Source: a virus (taxonomy: Duplodnaviria; Caudoviricetes). Taken from it: 50,136 bases of DNA. The translations under genes were made by a program, and so were the position numbers. The DNA lies in the IMG/VR virus record IMGVR_UViG_3300020045_011308, positions 1 through 50,136 of that record; one strand, given 5' to 3'. The notes below the pieces were generated by a model, which was not told the origin of the DNA, did no database searches, and saw nothing but the letters and a program-made list of their open reading frames with translations. Below, one piece after another: positions 39,083-46,632 of the stretch (its first letter is position 1; the number at the start of each line of letters is the position of its first letter).

Positions 39083-39504
39083 TATCTAACTCGTGTAAGT
39101 ATGAATGAGAGTGAAATTACATCACTCGTATTTATTGTAGTGAACAGAATATTTATGGAGTATGAACCGTCTGTTTCATCACCTCGAACAATGATATTGT
39201 TTATTTTTGCTCGCGGTTCGTAGTTTTCAATAGTGTGACGAATAGTACTTTCAAGCATTGATTCAACTTGAGGTGTCATGTTTTCGAACAAAAGCTTACG
39301 AACATCTCCACCGCGCTCGCTGAAGAATACCTCACCCTTGTTTGTACTGATGAGGTTGACGATCGACTGTCTCACCGAATCATCATTCGTAAGGCGCTCA
39401 AGATCACCATTGGGCTTGATTGTGAAATCAGTAGCAAAATCAGAGTAGTATTCCCTCTGTTTTGTGATTGATGTAATGCGATCTACTTTTCTTACTGATG
39501 CCAT
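39082..39504 (-). CDS. gp25: Baseplate wedge subunit gp25
   Basis: YSDF, V.QSI.NL..T..GE..F, LLFE, I.NYEPR motifs. Confidence 0.93.
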   Translation of the reverse strand: MASVRKVDRITSITKQREYYSDFATDFTIKPNGDLERLTNDDSVRQSIVNLISTNKGEVFFSERGGDVRKLLFENMTPQVESMLESTIRHTIENYEPRAKINNIIVRGDETDGSYSINILFTTINTSDVISLSFILTRVR

Positions 39505-39770
39505 TAGGAACCTACAAACGTATTAGTTGAACCTGAGATTGTATGACCACAAGTAGCTGAGTTTGTTTCTCTTACAACAAGAATACCATTCACATATAAA
39601 TTCTTACAACTTGCGATCATCGCAGGAGGCGGTGAGTGTGGAGGTAGACCGTGGCCCGCTACCCTATCACCATTACGGACAACAGGTTGACCATTCACAT
39701 ACACATTAGGTGAACCTTCAATAGCAACGCCGCCTGCAGCATCAAGTGTTTTACGAGCGATACCGGTCAT
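39504..39770 (-). CDS. gp5.4: PAAR spike-tip protein gp5.4
   Basis: GS.NV.VNG.P..R.GD...H, CGH...GS metal-binding PAAR pattern, directly after gp5. Confidence 0.92.
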   Translation of the reverse strand: MTGIARKTLDAAGGVAIEGSPNVYVNGQPVVRNGDRVAGHGLPPHSPPPAMIASCKNLYVNGILVVRETNSATCGHTISGSTNTFVGS

Positions 39771-40516
39771 GGGTTGATATCCACGCGCGGAGCGATAATT
39801 GTCATATTACCCTTCGACTCGAGTCTACAAGTACCACTCGCAACCGTGCTTATATTACCATCGATGAGTATGTTGACATTACCTTTGATATGAACATCAA
39901 CGTTACCACCAATGAATACCTCTTTATCGCTAGCAACAATCTCGTAATCTTTTCCAACAACCTTGGTCACATGATCACCAATATTATTTATTTCAGTGTA
40001 GGTGCCTGATTTGTGATAGGTGTGTAATCTCTCGCTGCCCGGTGTATCATCTATCTCAATAATATGACCACCCTCAGACTTCATCACCTTATTATACGGG
40101 TAACGAGCAGCGTAGGGATCAGCTGGTTCTTTCTCGAGTTGTGATTTTGTGATGTCTTTCACACCCCGCGCTCGCTTTGGTACATCGTGCTTCATCACGT
40201 TGTTTTCAGGTATACCAACGAGTGTTCCAGTTACAATAGGCATCTGTGCCTCTGGTCCATCACAGAAGAACCCGTTGACCACAGAACCAACAACAATACC
40301 GGTAGGTGAGATGCCAACACCATTCGCACACGCGCTGTTGATTGGTGAAGATACATACGCCCAAGGCAACTTATCAGTAGGCAGGATGGCCTTATTCTCT
40401 GAGTAGTAGCTGAAGATTCTAACACGTATTCTACCAAGGCTGAGTGGATCGTCACGGTCTTCAACCTTACCGATGAACCAGTGGAAGGCACCCGAGCCCA
40501 TTTTCTTAATTGTCAT
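39767..40516 (-). CDS. gp5: Baseplate hub/spike gp5 (OB-fold plus short beta-helix, no lysozyme domain)
   Basis: WF.G.VEDR.DP..LGR.RVR, LPWA, YPYN.V..SE.GH..E.DDTPG.ER...H.SGT. Only 249 aa. Confidence 0.95.
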   Translation of the reverse strand: MTIKKMGSGAFHWFIGKVEDRDDPLSLGRIRVRIFSYYSENKAILPTDKLPWAYVSSPINSACANGVGISPTGIVVGSVVNGFFCDGPEAQMPIVTGTLVGIPENNVMKHDVPKRARGVKDITKSQLEKEPADPYAARYPYNKVMKSEGGHIIEIDDTPGSERLHTYHKSGTYTEINNIGDHVTKVVGKDYEIVASDKEVFIGGNVDVHIKGNVNILIDGNISTVASGTCRLESKGNMTIIAPRVDINP

Positions 40517-41826
40517 AGTTTAACACCTATATTGAACACCTCAAGTGATACTCTATGTTCAAATCGTTGACCTGCTGTAATGATGTGCCTCAACCTCGAA
40601 ATGAGGAAATTACCTTTGATCACACTTGATTCAACCTTTTCTGTTGAAGAGTTGTGCTCAACCTTACGTGTAGGGACGAGTACTTCTAGGTTGATTACAT
40701 CACCAACCTTCAAAATAGAATTACCATACACGTAGAGTATCAGTTTATTCTGATTAGCAATCACTGAAAATGCTTGGCGCTGCGCGAGAGTACTGTCAAT
40801 AAAATGATCATCTCTCGATGTATCCTTCGGAACAAAATATCTTGTAGATTTCTTACTGTTACCGAGCTTGCCAGCAATACCATCCATTTCTCGGAGTATG
40901 TTTACAGAGAAGCTTTCATTACCCTTGTTAAGCTTAGCAAATGAATGGGATACCTTCTCCCAATCGTGTGATACTGCAGTTGTGCTCTTTGTCAGGAAGT
41001 CGAACGTTTCAACAACACTATCAACAGCACCTAACTGGATCTTATCAACTGTATCGAATGCATGCTGCTCGTTGAACTTGATGATATTGAATAACTCGTC
41101 TTTACGAGGTTGATCAACATCTTCGTTATTCGCTGGGTTATGCACGTATTTCATCTTAGCACGATTCTTTACTCCATCGTCTATGAGACCCTCGAGTGTT
41201 CTAAAATTGAAACCTCTTGAATTTTCGAAGAACACGAATGATGATGATTTATATGATGGTGATACTGCTCTCCTTCTCAACCAATCGATGGTCTTGAGAG
41301 GAGAGAATCCTGGAACTACGAGAGGAAATAGTCCCTTTGTATCTTCAGTGATGATATTCTTCTTCGTGCTCATATAGTTGAGCACGACATCCTTCACTGC
41401 CTTATCGATTGTGGTGTTGTAGCCCTTCTCGATCGATATGTTACTCGACTTAATCTGCTCTTCGCTTACACCGAGAAGACTGTAACTGTGCTTCTTCGAT
41501 TGAGTGTTATCTGTGAGATCGTTTACACTGAATATACGAAATGTATTCTTGAAAGACACTGTGCCGTAGATATCTTTGTAATCGCTAAAGAGCGGGGTCA
41601 GAAACTCAATTTCAAGAAACTCCTCACCAATGATAGGCAGTGTCTTACGAACGTTGTTACCGTCAATTACGCTGATTTCACAGAAGAGAGTTGGTTTTGT
41701 GATATCTTCATAGAAAGACGCCTCAACTAGAAGAGAACGCAGGTCAATAGCTGAACTACGATTTGCGTTAAGCAGTGTAATTCTCTTGATCTCTACTTGT
41801 CCTGCTTCTATCTTACTGGAAATCAT
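40513..41826 (-). CDS. Baseplate hub protein, gp27-like
   Basis: LPIIGEE, FFEN..GFNF.TLE.L, GN..L.VGD.I, G.FLI..LRH motifs. Lies between gp53 and gp5. Confidence 0.75.
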   Translation of the reverse strand: MISSKIEAGQVEIKRITLLNANRSSAIDLRSLLVEASFYEDITKPTLFCEISVIDGNNVRKTLPIIGEEFLEIEFLTPLFSDYKDIYGTVSFKNTFRIFSVNDLTDNTQSKKHSYSLLGVSEEQIKSSNISIEKGYNTTIDKAVKDVVLNYMSTKKNIITEDTKGLFPLVVPGFSPLKTIDWLRRRAVSPSYKSSSFVFFENSRGFNFRTLEGLIDDGVKNRAKMKYVHNPANNEDVDQPRKDELFNIIKFNEQHAFDTVDKIQLGAVDSVVETFDFLTKSTTAVSHDWEKVSHSFAKLNKGNESFSVNILREMDGIAGKLGNSKKSTRYFVPKDTSRDDHFIDSTLAQRQAFSVIANQNKLILYVYGNSILKVGDVINLEVLVPTRKVEHNSSTEKVESSVIKGNFLISRLRHIITAGQRFEHRVSLEVFNIGVKL

Positions 41827-42677
41827 TAAAACAAACCTTCAAGTTCACGCTCAATTTGAGGCAGATATTCACGGTCCATAATGTAGATTGTGCGGCGTGC
41901 TTCGTTTAACTCTTCTTCAACCTCATACGAGTATTTTGGCTCCCAGTATACTTGCTCAGCAAGAGGGATACTGTAGGTGATTTCACCAACTGAATCGAGG
42001 TCAAGAGTAAAATCGTCACCCACCACCTGTAACGCAGTATCAAATGCGCCACTGATATGTTTAAATGTTATACTTAAATCTGTTTCATTGACATGTGCAA
42101 TTGTGCCAACTGCAACAACTACACTATTCGCGTTTGTCTGAGTAACACGTTCGTTTACCACAGGGGTACCGTTCGCTGAGAATACACACGTCTGAACCAT
42201 ATTTGTTTCAGCAATCCAATCGACCGCTTTACGCTCGTAACCTCTTATTACATTGTTCTCCGAGAGTACTGGCTTCCAGTATTTCTTCTGACCAACAGCG
42301 AGTGCTTCGTATGCAGTTGAACTTAGGAAGGATTCGTTGTTGTGATAGCTCACAAAGTAGTACTCTACTTTCTGTTGAGCCGCTTCAATGCTACCATACT
42401 TCGCAACTATGAATTCATTAAACTCAGTATCACTTAGATACCACTGATAGTATGGGTCTGAAATGTTGTTGGTAAAATAGAGAAGCCAGCTGAGAGAAGA
42501 GTCTTCGTAGTAGTGTCGTGCTACATGATCTGCGCGCTCACCATCCTTCAATGTGTATGGGTAGTAGACCGCCACCGCTTTCTCGGCGATAGGTGAAAGC
42601 GCAGGGCGCGCAAACATATCGACCGAGGCAGTGTTTGCATAGTTGATACGTGGAAGCGGTCTAAAGTAGAATGACAT
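41826..42677 (-). CDS. gp53: Baseplate wedge protein gp53
   Basis: YF...P.I.Y, LysM-like GERAD.VA..YY.D....W, N.I.DPY.QW, YE.E.ELNE.RR.I. The start at 42677 overlaps the gp48 stop (TAATG). Confidence 0.92.
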   Translation of the reverse strand: MSFYFRPLPRINYANTASVDMFARPALSPIAEKAVAVYYPYTLKDGERADHVARHYYEDSSLSWLLYFTNNISDPYYQWYLSDTEFNEFIVAKYGSIEAAQQKVEYYFVSYHNNESFLSSTAYEALAVGQKKYWKPVLSENNVIRGYERKAVDWIAETNMVQTCVFSANGTPVVNERVTQTNANSVVVAVGTIAHVNETDLSITFKHISGAFDTALQVVGDDFTLDLDSVGEITYSIPLAEQVYWEPKYSYEVEEELNEARRTIYIMDREYLPQIERELEGLF

Positions 42678-43771
42678 TAGGATGTGCCCTTCTGGGATTC
42701 CCAATCACGAACTTTGTCTCGTGTTACAAGCTCAATCTCTTTCACTTGAATTGAGAGATCATATTCGAATACACTATCATTGTTGTAGAATGCTGGTCCG
42801 TTAGGAGCGTGATTAATATCAACAGCTGCAATTACAGCCTTCGTCATCCTAAACACTTCTGGCCTAAACGTAATCTGGCAGTGATTAGGGGCTGTCAAGA
42901 AGAGTTCTGAGGCACTCATTCCAGGCAGCATTCTTGTTTTGAGTTCAAATAAGATTCTTCGTAACTCGTCAGACTCTTGCTCGTTGTTTGGTGTAAGTTT
43001 CCAATTGAATGAAAATTCACGGAAGCCAATACCTTGAAAAATCTGCACGAGATACGGATTAGCTATAACACCGGTTGCATACGATAGTGCTCCTCGAGGC
43101 GCGATAGCATCAGCTAACTGATACGCACCGTACTTGATAGTGTCTGATCCCTTATTGTTCTTGATGAGACCTGACATGATATTCTTGACAGTCTCTGAAT
43201 ATTTTCCTGGATTTGCAAGAATTTCTTGTGGACCACCCCCATTCGTTGCTTCATCGATTGCCTTAGTAAGGTAAGAGGTATTCTTACCCACCAGCGCACC
43301 GATTGCTGCTGAATCGTAACCAACTGAAAAGCTCTCACGCAAATCTGCAGGAAGTGGTAGGAAAATCGTAGCTTCAACTTTCGTTTCACGATTTTCGTTG
43401 TAGGACCCCGTATTCGGATAGCTCATGAACTCAAGTTTCATGAATTCTCGAGCAGATTGAAGCTCTGCAGGGAATATAAAGTGGTTATTCTTCCTACTCT
43501 GCTCATCATACTTTGAGGTTTGAGTAGGAGTAATTGTATCTTTGTTACACAAGAGACTAGCAGCATCGATAGAGATCGCGTTGCTAGTCAACAGTTTGCC
43601 GATATTCAACTTTGATGACACATCGTTGAAATTACTGAAGAGAGAGGTTACCGATGATGAAATACCAGTATTCAAACCAGCGATTACTTTACCTGGTATA
43701 TTGGTAATCTCGTTGATTTTTGTTCCGATATTGAGGCTTTGTGTGAAAAAGCTCGGTAGATTTATTGGCAT
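42677..43771 (-). CDS. gp48: Baseplate tail tube cap gp48
   Basis: I.LP.P..L, NP....FQG..FR.FSF.WKL.P.N..ES, L...E.EL.TR motifs. Confidence 0.88.
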   Translation of the reverse strand: MPINLPSFFTQSLNIGTKINEITNIPGKVIAGLNTGISSSVTSLFSNFNDVSSKLNIGKLLTSNAISIDAASLLCNKDTITPTQTSKYDEQSRKNNHFIFPAELQSAREFMKLEFMSYPNTGSYNENRETKVEATIFLPLPADLRESFSVGYDSAAIGALVGKNTSYLTKAIDEATNGGGPQEILANPGKYSETVKNIMSGLIKNNKGSDTIKYGAYQLADAIAPRGALSYATGVIANPYLVQIFQGIGFREFSFNWKLTPNNEQESDELRRILFELKTRMLPGMSASELFLTAPNHCQITFRPEVFRMTKAVIAAVDINHAPNGPAFYNNDSVFEYDLSIQVKEIELVTRDKVRDWESQKGTS

Positions 43772-43796
43772 GGTGTTTCCTAATTACAGTCTTTAT

Positions 43797-43833
43797 TATT
43801 TATTGTTTATAAACAATCCATCTCCCATAAATA
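43797..43833. promoter_or_regulatory. Divergent late promoter region with a 16-bp palindrome
   Basis: Minus strand: AATAAATA (43797-43804) and TATAAACA (43804-43811). Plus strand: TATAAACA (43808-43815) and CATAAATA (43826-43833). Perfect palindrome ATTGTTTATAAACAAT at 43802-43817. Confidence 0.75.
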
Positions 43834-43838
43834 TTAAG

Positions 43839-44312
43839 ATGCCAAGATACCCGCAACCTATGTTATTCAAACCGTTGAACCCTCATAAATATAAGGGTGA
43901 CCCAACACAGATTGTGGCTCGTAGTTCGTGGGAATTCAAGTTTCAGAGATACTGCGATGCACATCCTGATATTTTGATGTGGTCGAGTGAAGAGATAATT
44001 ATTCCATACGTGTCACCGGTTGATGGCCGCTGGCATCGTTACTTCCCAGATTTTCTGGTGAAGAAGAAAAACAAACAGGGTAAAGAAGAGTATAATCTAA
44101 TTGAAATCAAGCCATACGAACAAACGATCCCACCTATCCGTGGTCAAAAAACAGAGAAGCGTTTCCTTGACGAAGTCTTCACGTGGGGTGTTAACTCTAG
44201 CAAGTGGAACGCGGCGATCCGTTACTGTCGTGAGAGGCAGTGGAAATTCATAATTATGACCGAAAAGAAGTCAATTGTATATGACGATAAGTCCATTCTC
44301 AAAGATTCTTAA
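43839..44312 (+). CDS. gp4: Head completion protein gp4 (TnsA-like nuclease fold)
   Basis: FKP.NP.KYKGD...I..RSSWE, WSSEE..IPY.SP.D...HRYFPDF, IEIKP..QT, N..KW.AA. The true start is ATG 43839, not 43542. Confidence 0.95.
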   Translation: MPRYPQPMLFKPLNPHKYKGDPTQIVARSSWEFKFQRYCDAHPDILMWSSEEIIIPYVSPVDGRWHRYFPDFLVKKKNKQGKEEYNLIEIKPYEQTIPPIRGQKTEKRFLDEVFTWGVNSSKWNAAIRYCRERQWKFIIMTEKKSIVYDDKSILKDS

Positions 44313-44889
44313 GACGGGTCTCCAGAGGCATCTGCTTCCTGGAAAGACGCAGGCGGCCCGCGTGTGGTATAGAAATACCGCAAGTGCGATTACAAAAGTT
44401 AACGCACCGAAAATGATCGCCGACGCCAACATGGAACCATATCGTATGAGAGCGGCTGTAACTCTTGGTGAGATGTATGCTTTCATGTATCGAGCGAAGC
44501 ATGAAGACACACTTCCATACTACGATAGATTTCCACTAATATTCCCGTTTCGCCTCGTATCAGGTGGGTTCTACGGCATCAACATGCATTATCTTTACCC
44601 GTTCTTGAGAGCACGTTTGATGGATGCTCTCTATGAACTAGCGCACACTGATGTATACGATGAAAAGACAAAGCTCGCGATAACCTATAAGCTCTTAAAT
44701 TCAACATCGAAGTTTAAGTGGTTCAAGCCATGTGTACACAGATATCTCAATTCACATGTACAATCACGCTTCATTCACATCAATTCAAACGAATGGGACA
44801 TTGCTCTCTTTCTACCTACTGAACGCTTCGTTGGTGCTCGTAAGCAGCGTGTATGGTTGGAGAGTCAGCAGCAAATCAACAATGGCTGA
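44281..44889 (+). CDS. gp2: DNA end protector protein gp2
   Basis: G.MY.F.Y..K....LPYYD.FPL, G.N.HYL....R..L, KPC..RYL..HV.S, W..A..LP...F motifs. Confidence 0.93.
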   Translation: MTISPFSKILKTGLQRHLLPGKTQAARVWYRNTASAITKVNAPKMIADANMEPYRMRAAVTLGEMYAFMYRAKHEDTLPYYDRFPLIFPFRLVSGGFYGINMHYLYPFLRARLMDALYELAHTDVYDEKTKLAITYKLLNSTSKFKWFKPCVHRYLNSHVQSRFIHINSNEWDIALFLPTERFVGARKQRVWLESQQQINNG

Positions 44890-45742
44890 TATTATCTCAA
44901 AATTTACACCATACGTTGGTGTTGCTCAAAACTTTCTCGGTAAGGCACTTGGATTTACTCAAGAGCCTCCAAAAAATGGTGCGCAAAGCTCTATTCAAGA
45001 ATTTACCTCGATGATCAACAAACGAGGTATTAGCCGTGCTGATAGATTCTTTGTGAGAATTAGTCTACCACAGGTACTTCAAAATTCGATGGTGTCTAAT
45101 AGCCAACGAGATATCATGCTACTTTGTGAAGCTAGCGCGTTGCCTGGTATGTCACTCGCCACATCAGAAGGTCGTAGATACGGTGTTGGTCCTACTGATA
45201 AGAGAGCGTTTGCACCGGTATTCAATGACTCATCGATGACATTCTTGAGTGATGGTACAAACCTCGTTCATAGGTTTTTCTACATCTGGATGAACAGCAT
45301 TGTGCGTTCAGATAGTAAGTCTGTAGGTGATTATGCTGATCCAACATCCAAACTCAACGCATTTAGAGCTGAATATAAAGATGACTATGCGTGTGATATC
45401 ACAATCACCACATACAACGAAACTAATGATGAAATTACAAAGATCACACTCAACAAGGCGTTTCCAGTATTCGTGGGTGACGTGCCACTGAGTTGGTCTG
45501 ATGTTAACACTATCAACAAGATACCGGTGACTTTCCACTACTGGAATTGGAAAATGGATAGAGTATCTGTTGGATCAGATGATTTGAGTATGGAGAAACT
45601 GCGTCCCGAACTCAATCTGCTCGAGAAGATTTACAAAACGAAAAATGCGATTTTCGCAATTAAAGCAATCAAAAAGCCACAGCATGTTGGAGATGTTATC
45701 AATATCATCAACAATGGTCGTGTGTTACTAGAGAATTTCTAA
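44882..45742 (+). CDS. gp54: Baseplate tail tube initiator gp54-like
   Basis: Tube-fold motifs G..R..RF.V, CE...LPG, F..WM..I, Y.DDY, AFP..VG...LSW, VTF.Y..W. Lies between gp2 and gp26. Start taken as ATG 44882. Confidence 0.75.
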   Translation: MADIISKFTPYVGVAQNFLGKALGFTQEPPKNGAQSSIQEFTSMINKRGISRADRFFVRISLPQVLQNSMVSNSQRDIMLLCEASALPGMSLATSEGRRYGVGPTDKRAFAPVFNDSSMTFLSDGTNLVHRFFYIWMNSIVRSDSKSVGDYADPTSKLNAFRAEYKDDYACDITITTYNETNDEITKITLNKAFPVFVGDVPLSWSDVNTINKIPVTFHYWNWKMDRVSVGSDDLSMEKLRPELNLLEKIYKTKNAIFAIKAIKKPQHVGDVINIINNGRVLLENF

Positions 45743-45754
45743 GGAGAATACATT

Positions 45755-46462
45755 ATGCTTCCAAAGCTATCTACACCTACGTTTTCAATGAGTATACCCT
45801 CAACGAAAACATCAGTTCGTTATCGTCCATTCCTCGTTAAAGAAGAAAAGATTCTTCTCATGGCTGGTCAGAGTGGTGATATGAAAGACATCATTTACTC
45901 ATTGAAACAGATTGTTGAAAATTGTCTTCAAACACCGCTTGATGTGAATGCGCTTACGCTATTCGATCTTGAATATATGTTCTTGAAGCTACGCGCGAAG
46001 TCAGTTGACAACATCGTCAAACTGTCGTATAAAGATACAGAAGATGGTAAGATCTATGACTTCAGTGTCAATCTCGATGATATCGAAGTTGTCTTCCCTG
46101 AAAATATCGAAAACACCCTCAAGATTGATGACCAATTTACGCTGCAGCTGAAGTATCCAACAGTATCAACAGTTGAATTGTTCGCTGATAAAGAGAGTGA
46201 TGAAGAACGCGTGTTCAAGATCATCAACGCTTGTCTCGATAAGCTCGTTGAAAACAACGGAACTGTCTATGAGTTTGATAAAGCAACCGCTGCTGAAGTC
46301 GAAGAGTTTGTTAACTCGCTAGATGTGACAACATTTGGCAAGATTCAATCATTTCTCGATAATCAACCAAAGCTTACACACACTCTTAAATACACCAATA
46401 AGAATGGTAATGAGCGTGAAATCAAATTGGAGAAACTCAGAGATTTTTTTACGCTGGGCTGA
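45755..46462 (+). CDS. gp26: Baseplate hub assembly protein gp26
   Basis: LPK...P.....PST....YRPFLVKEEKILLMA, FDLEY.FL.LRAKSV, LKYP, C-terminal L.DFF. AAGGAG RBS. Confidence 0.93.
   Translation: MLPKLSTPTFSMSIPSTKTSVRYRPFLVKEEKILLMAGQSGDMKDIIYSLKQIVENCLQTPLDVNALTLFDLEYMFLKLRAKSVDNIVKLSYKDTEDGKIYDFSVNLDDIEVVFPENIENTLKIDDQFTLQLKYPTVSTVELFADKESDEERVFKIINACLDKLVENNGTVYEFDKATAAEVEEFVNSLDVTTFGKIQSFLDNQPKLTHTLKYTNKNGNEREIKLEKLRDFFTLG
46429..46450 (+). other. Candidate -1 programmed frameshift signal (GGAG, 11 nt spacer, T TTT TTT)
   Basis: A T7 run at 46444-46450 is phased X XXY YYZ in the gp26 frame. SD-like GGAG at 46429-46432. Confidence 0.7.
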
Positions 46463-46632
46463 GTCACAATTCTCTCGCTAACTACTATCTCGTTATCTTC
46501 AGCCTTGCACAACATCATAAATACTCGATAGCGGAAATAGAAAATTTGATAGTGTATGAGAGAGATATTTACCTCAGCCTGCTCTCAGATTTCTTAGAAG
46601 AAGAAAAAGAAAGATTAGAATCAAATGATTGA
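46444..46632 (+). CDS. gp51: gp51-like baseplate hub assembly ORF without a canonical start (probably reached by -1 frameshift from gp26)
   Basis: Absent from the ORF track. Translates FFYAGLSHNSLANYYLVIFSLAQHHKYSIAEIENLIVYERDIYLSLLSDFLEEEKERLESND*, matching the NYY..F.L.QHHKYS..EIEN....ER..Y pattern of T4-like gp51 homologues. Confidence 0.8.
   Translation, partial: FFYAGLSHNSLANYYLVIFSLAQHHKYSIAEIENLIVYERDIYLSLLSDFLEEEKERLESND

Noticed and set aside
43542-43838. 99-aa N-terminal extension of gp4
   Set aside because: It overlaps gp48 antisense and the divergent promoter region. gp4 similarity begins at ATG 43839.
43839-44312. TnsA-like nuclease as evidence of a Tn7-like transposon
   Set aside because: This is the normal T4 gp4 head completion protein in its usual gp4-gp2 context.
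44732-44881. N-terminal extension of the gp54-like ORF
   Set aside because: It lies entirely within gp2. ATG 44882, overlapping the end of gp2, is the more plausible start.
37271-45742. Bacterial T6SS, eCIS or tailocin locus
   Set aside because: PAAR, spike, sheath and tube co-occur with terminase, portal, neck, gp2, gp4 and gp32 in T4-like order, which indicates a phage.
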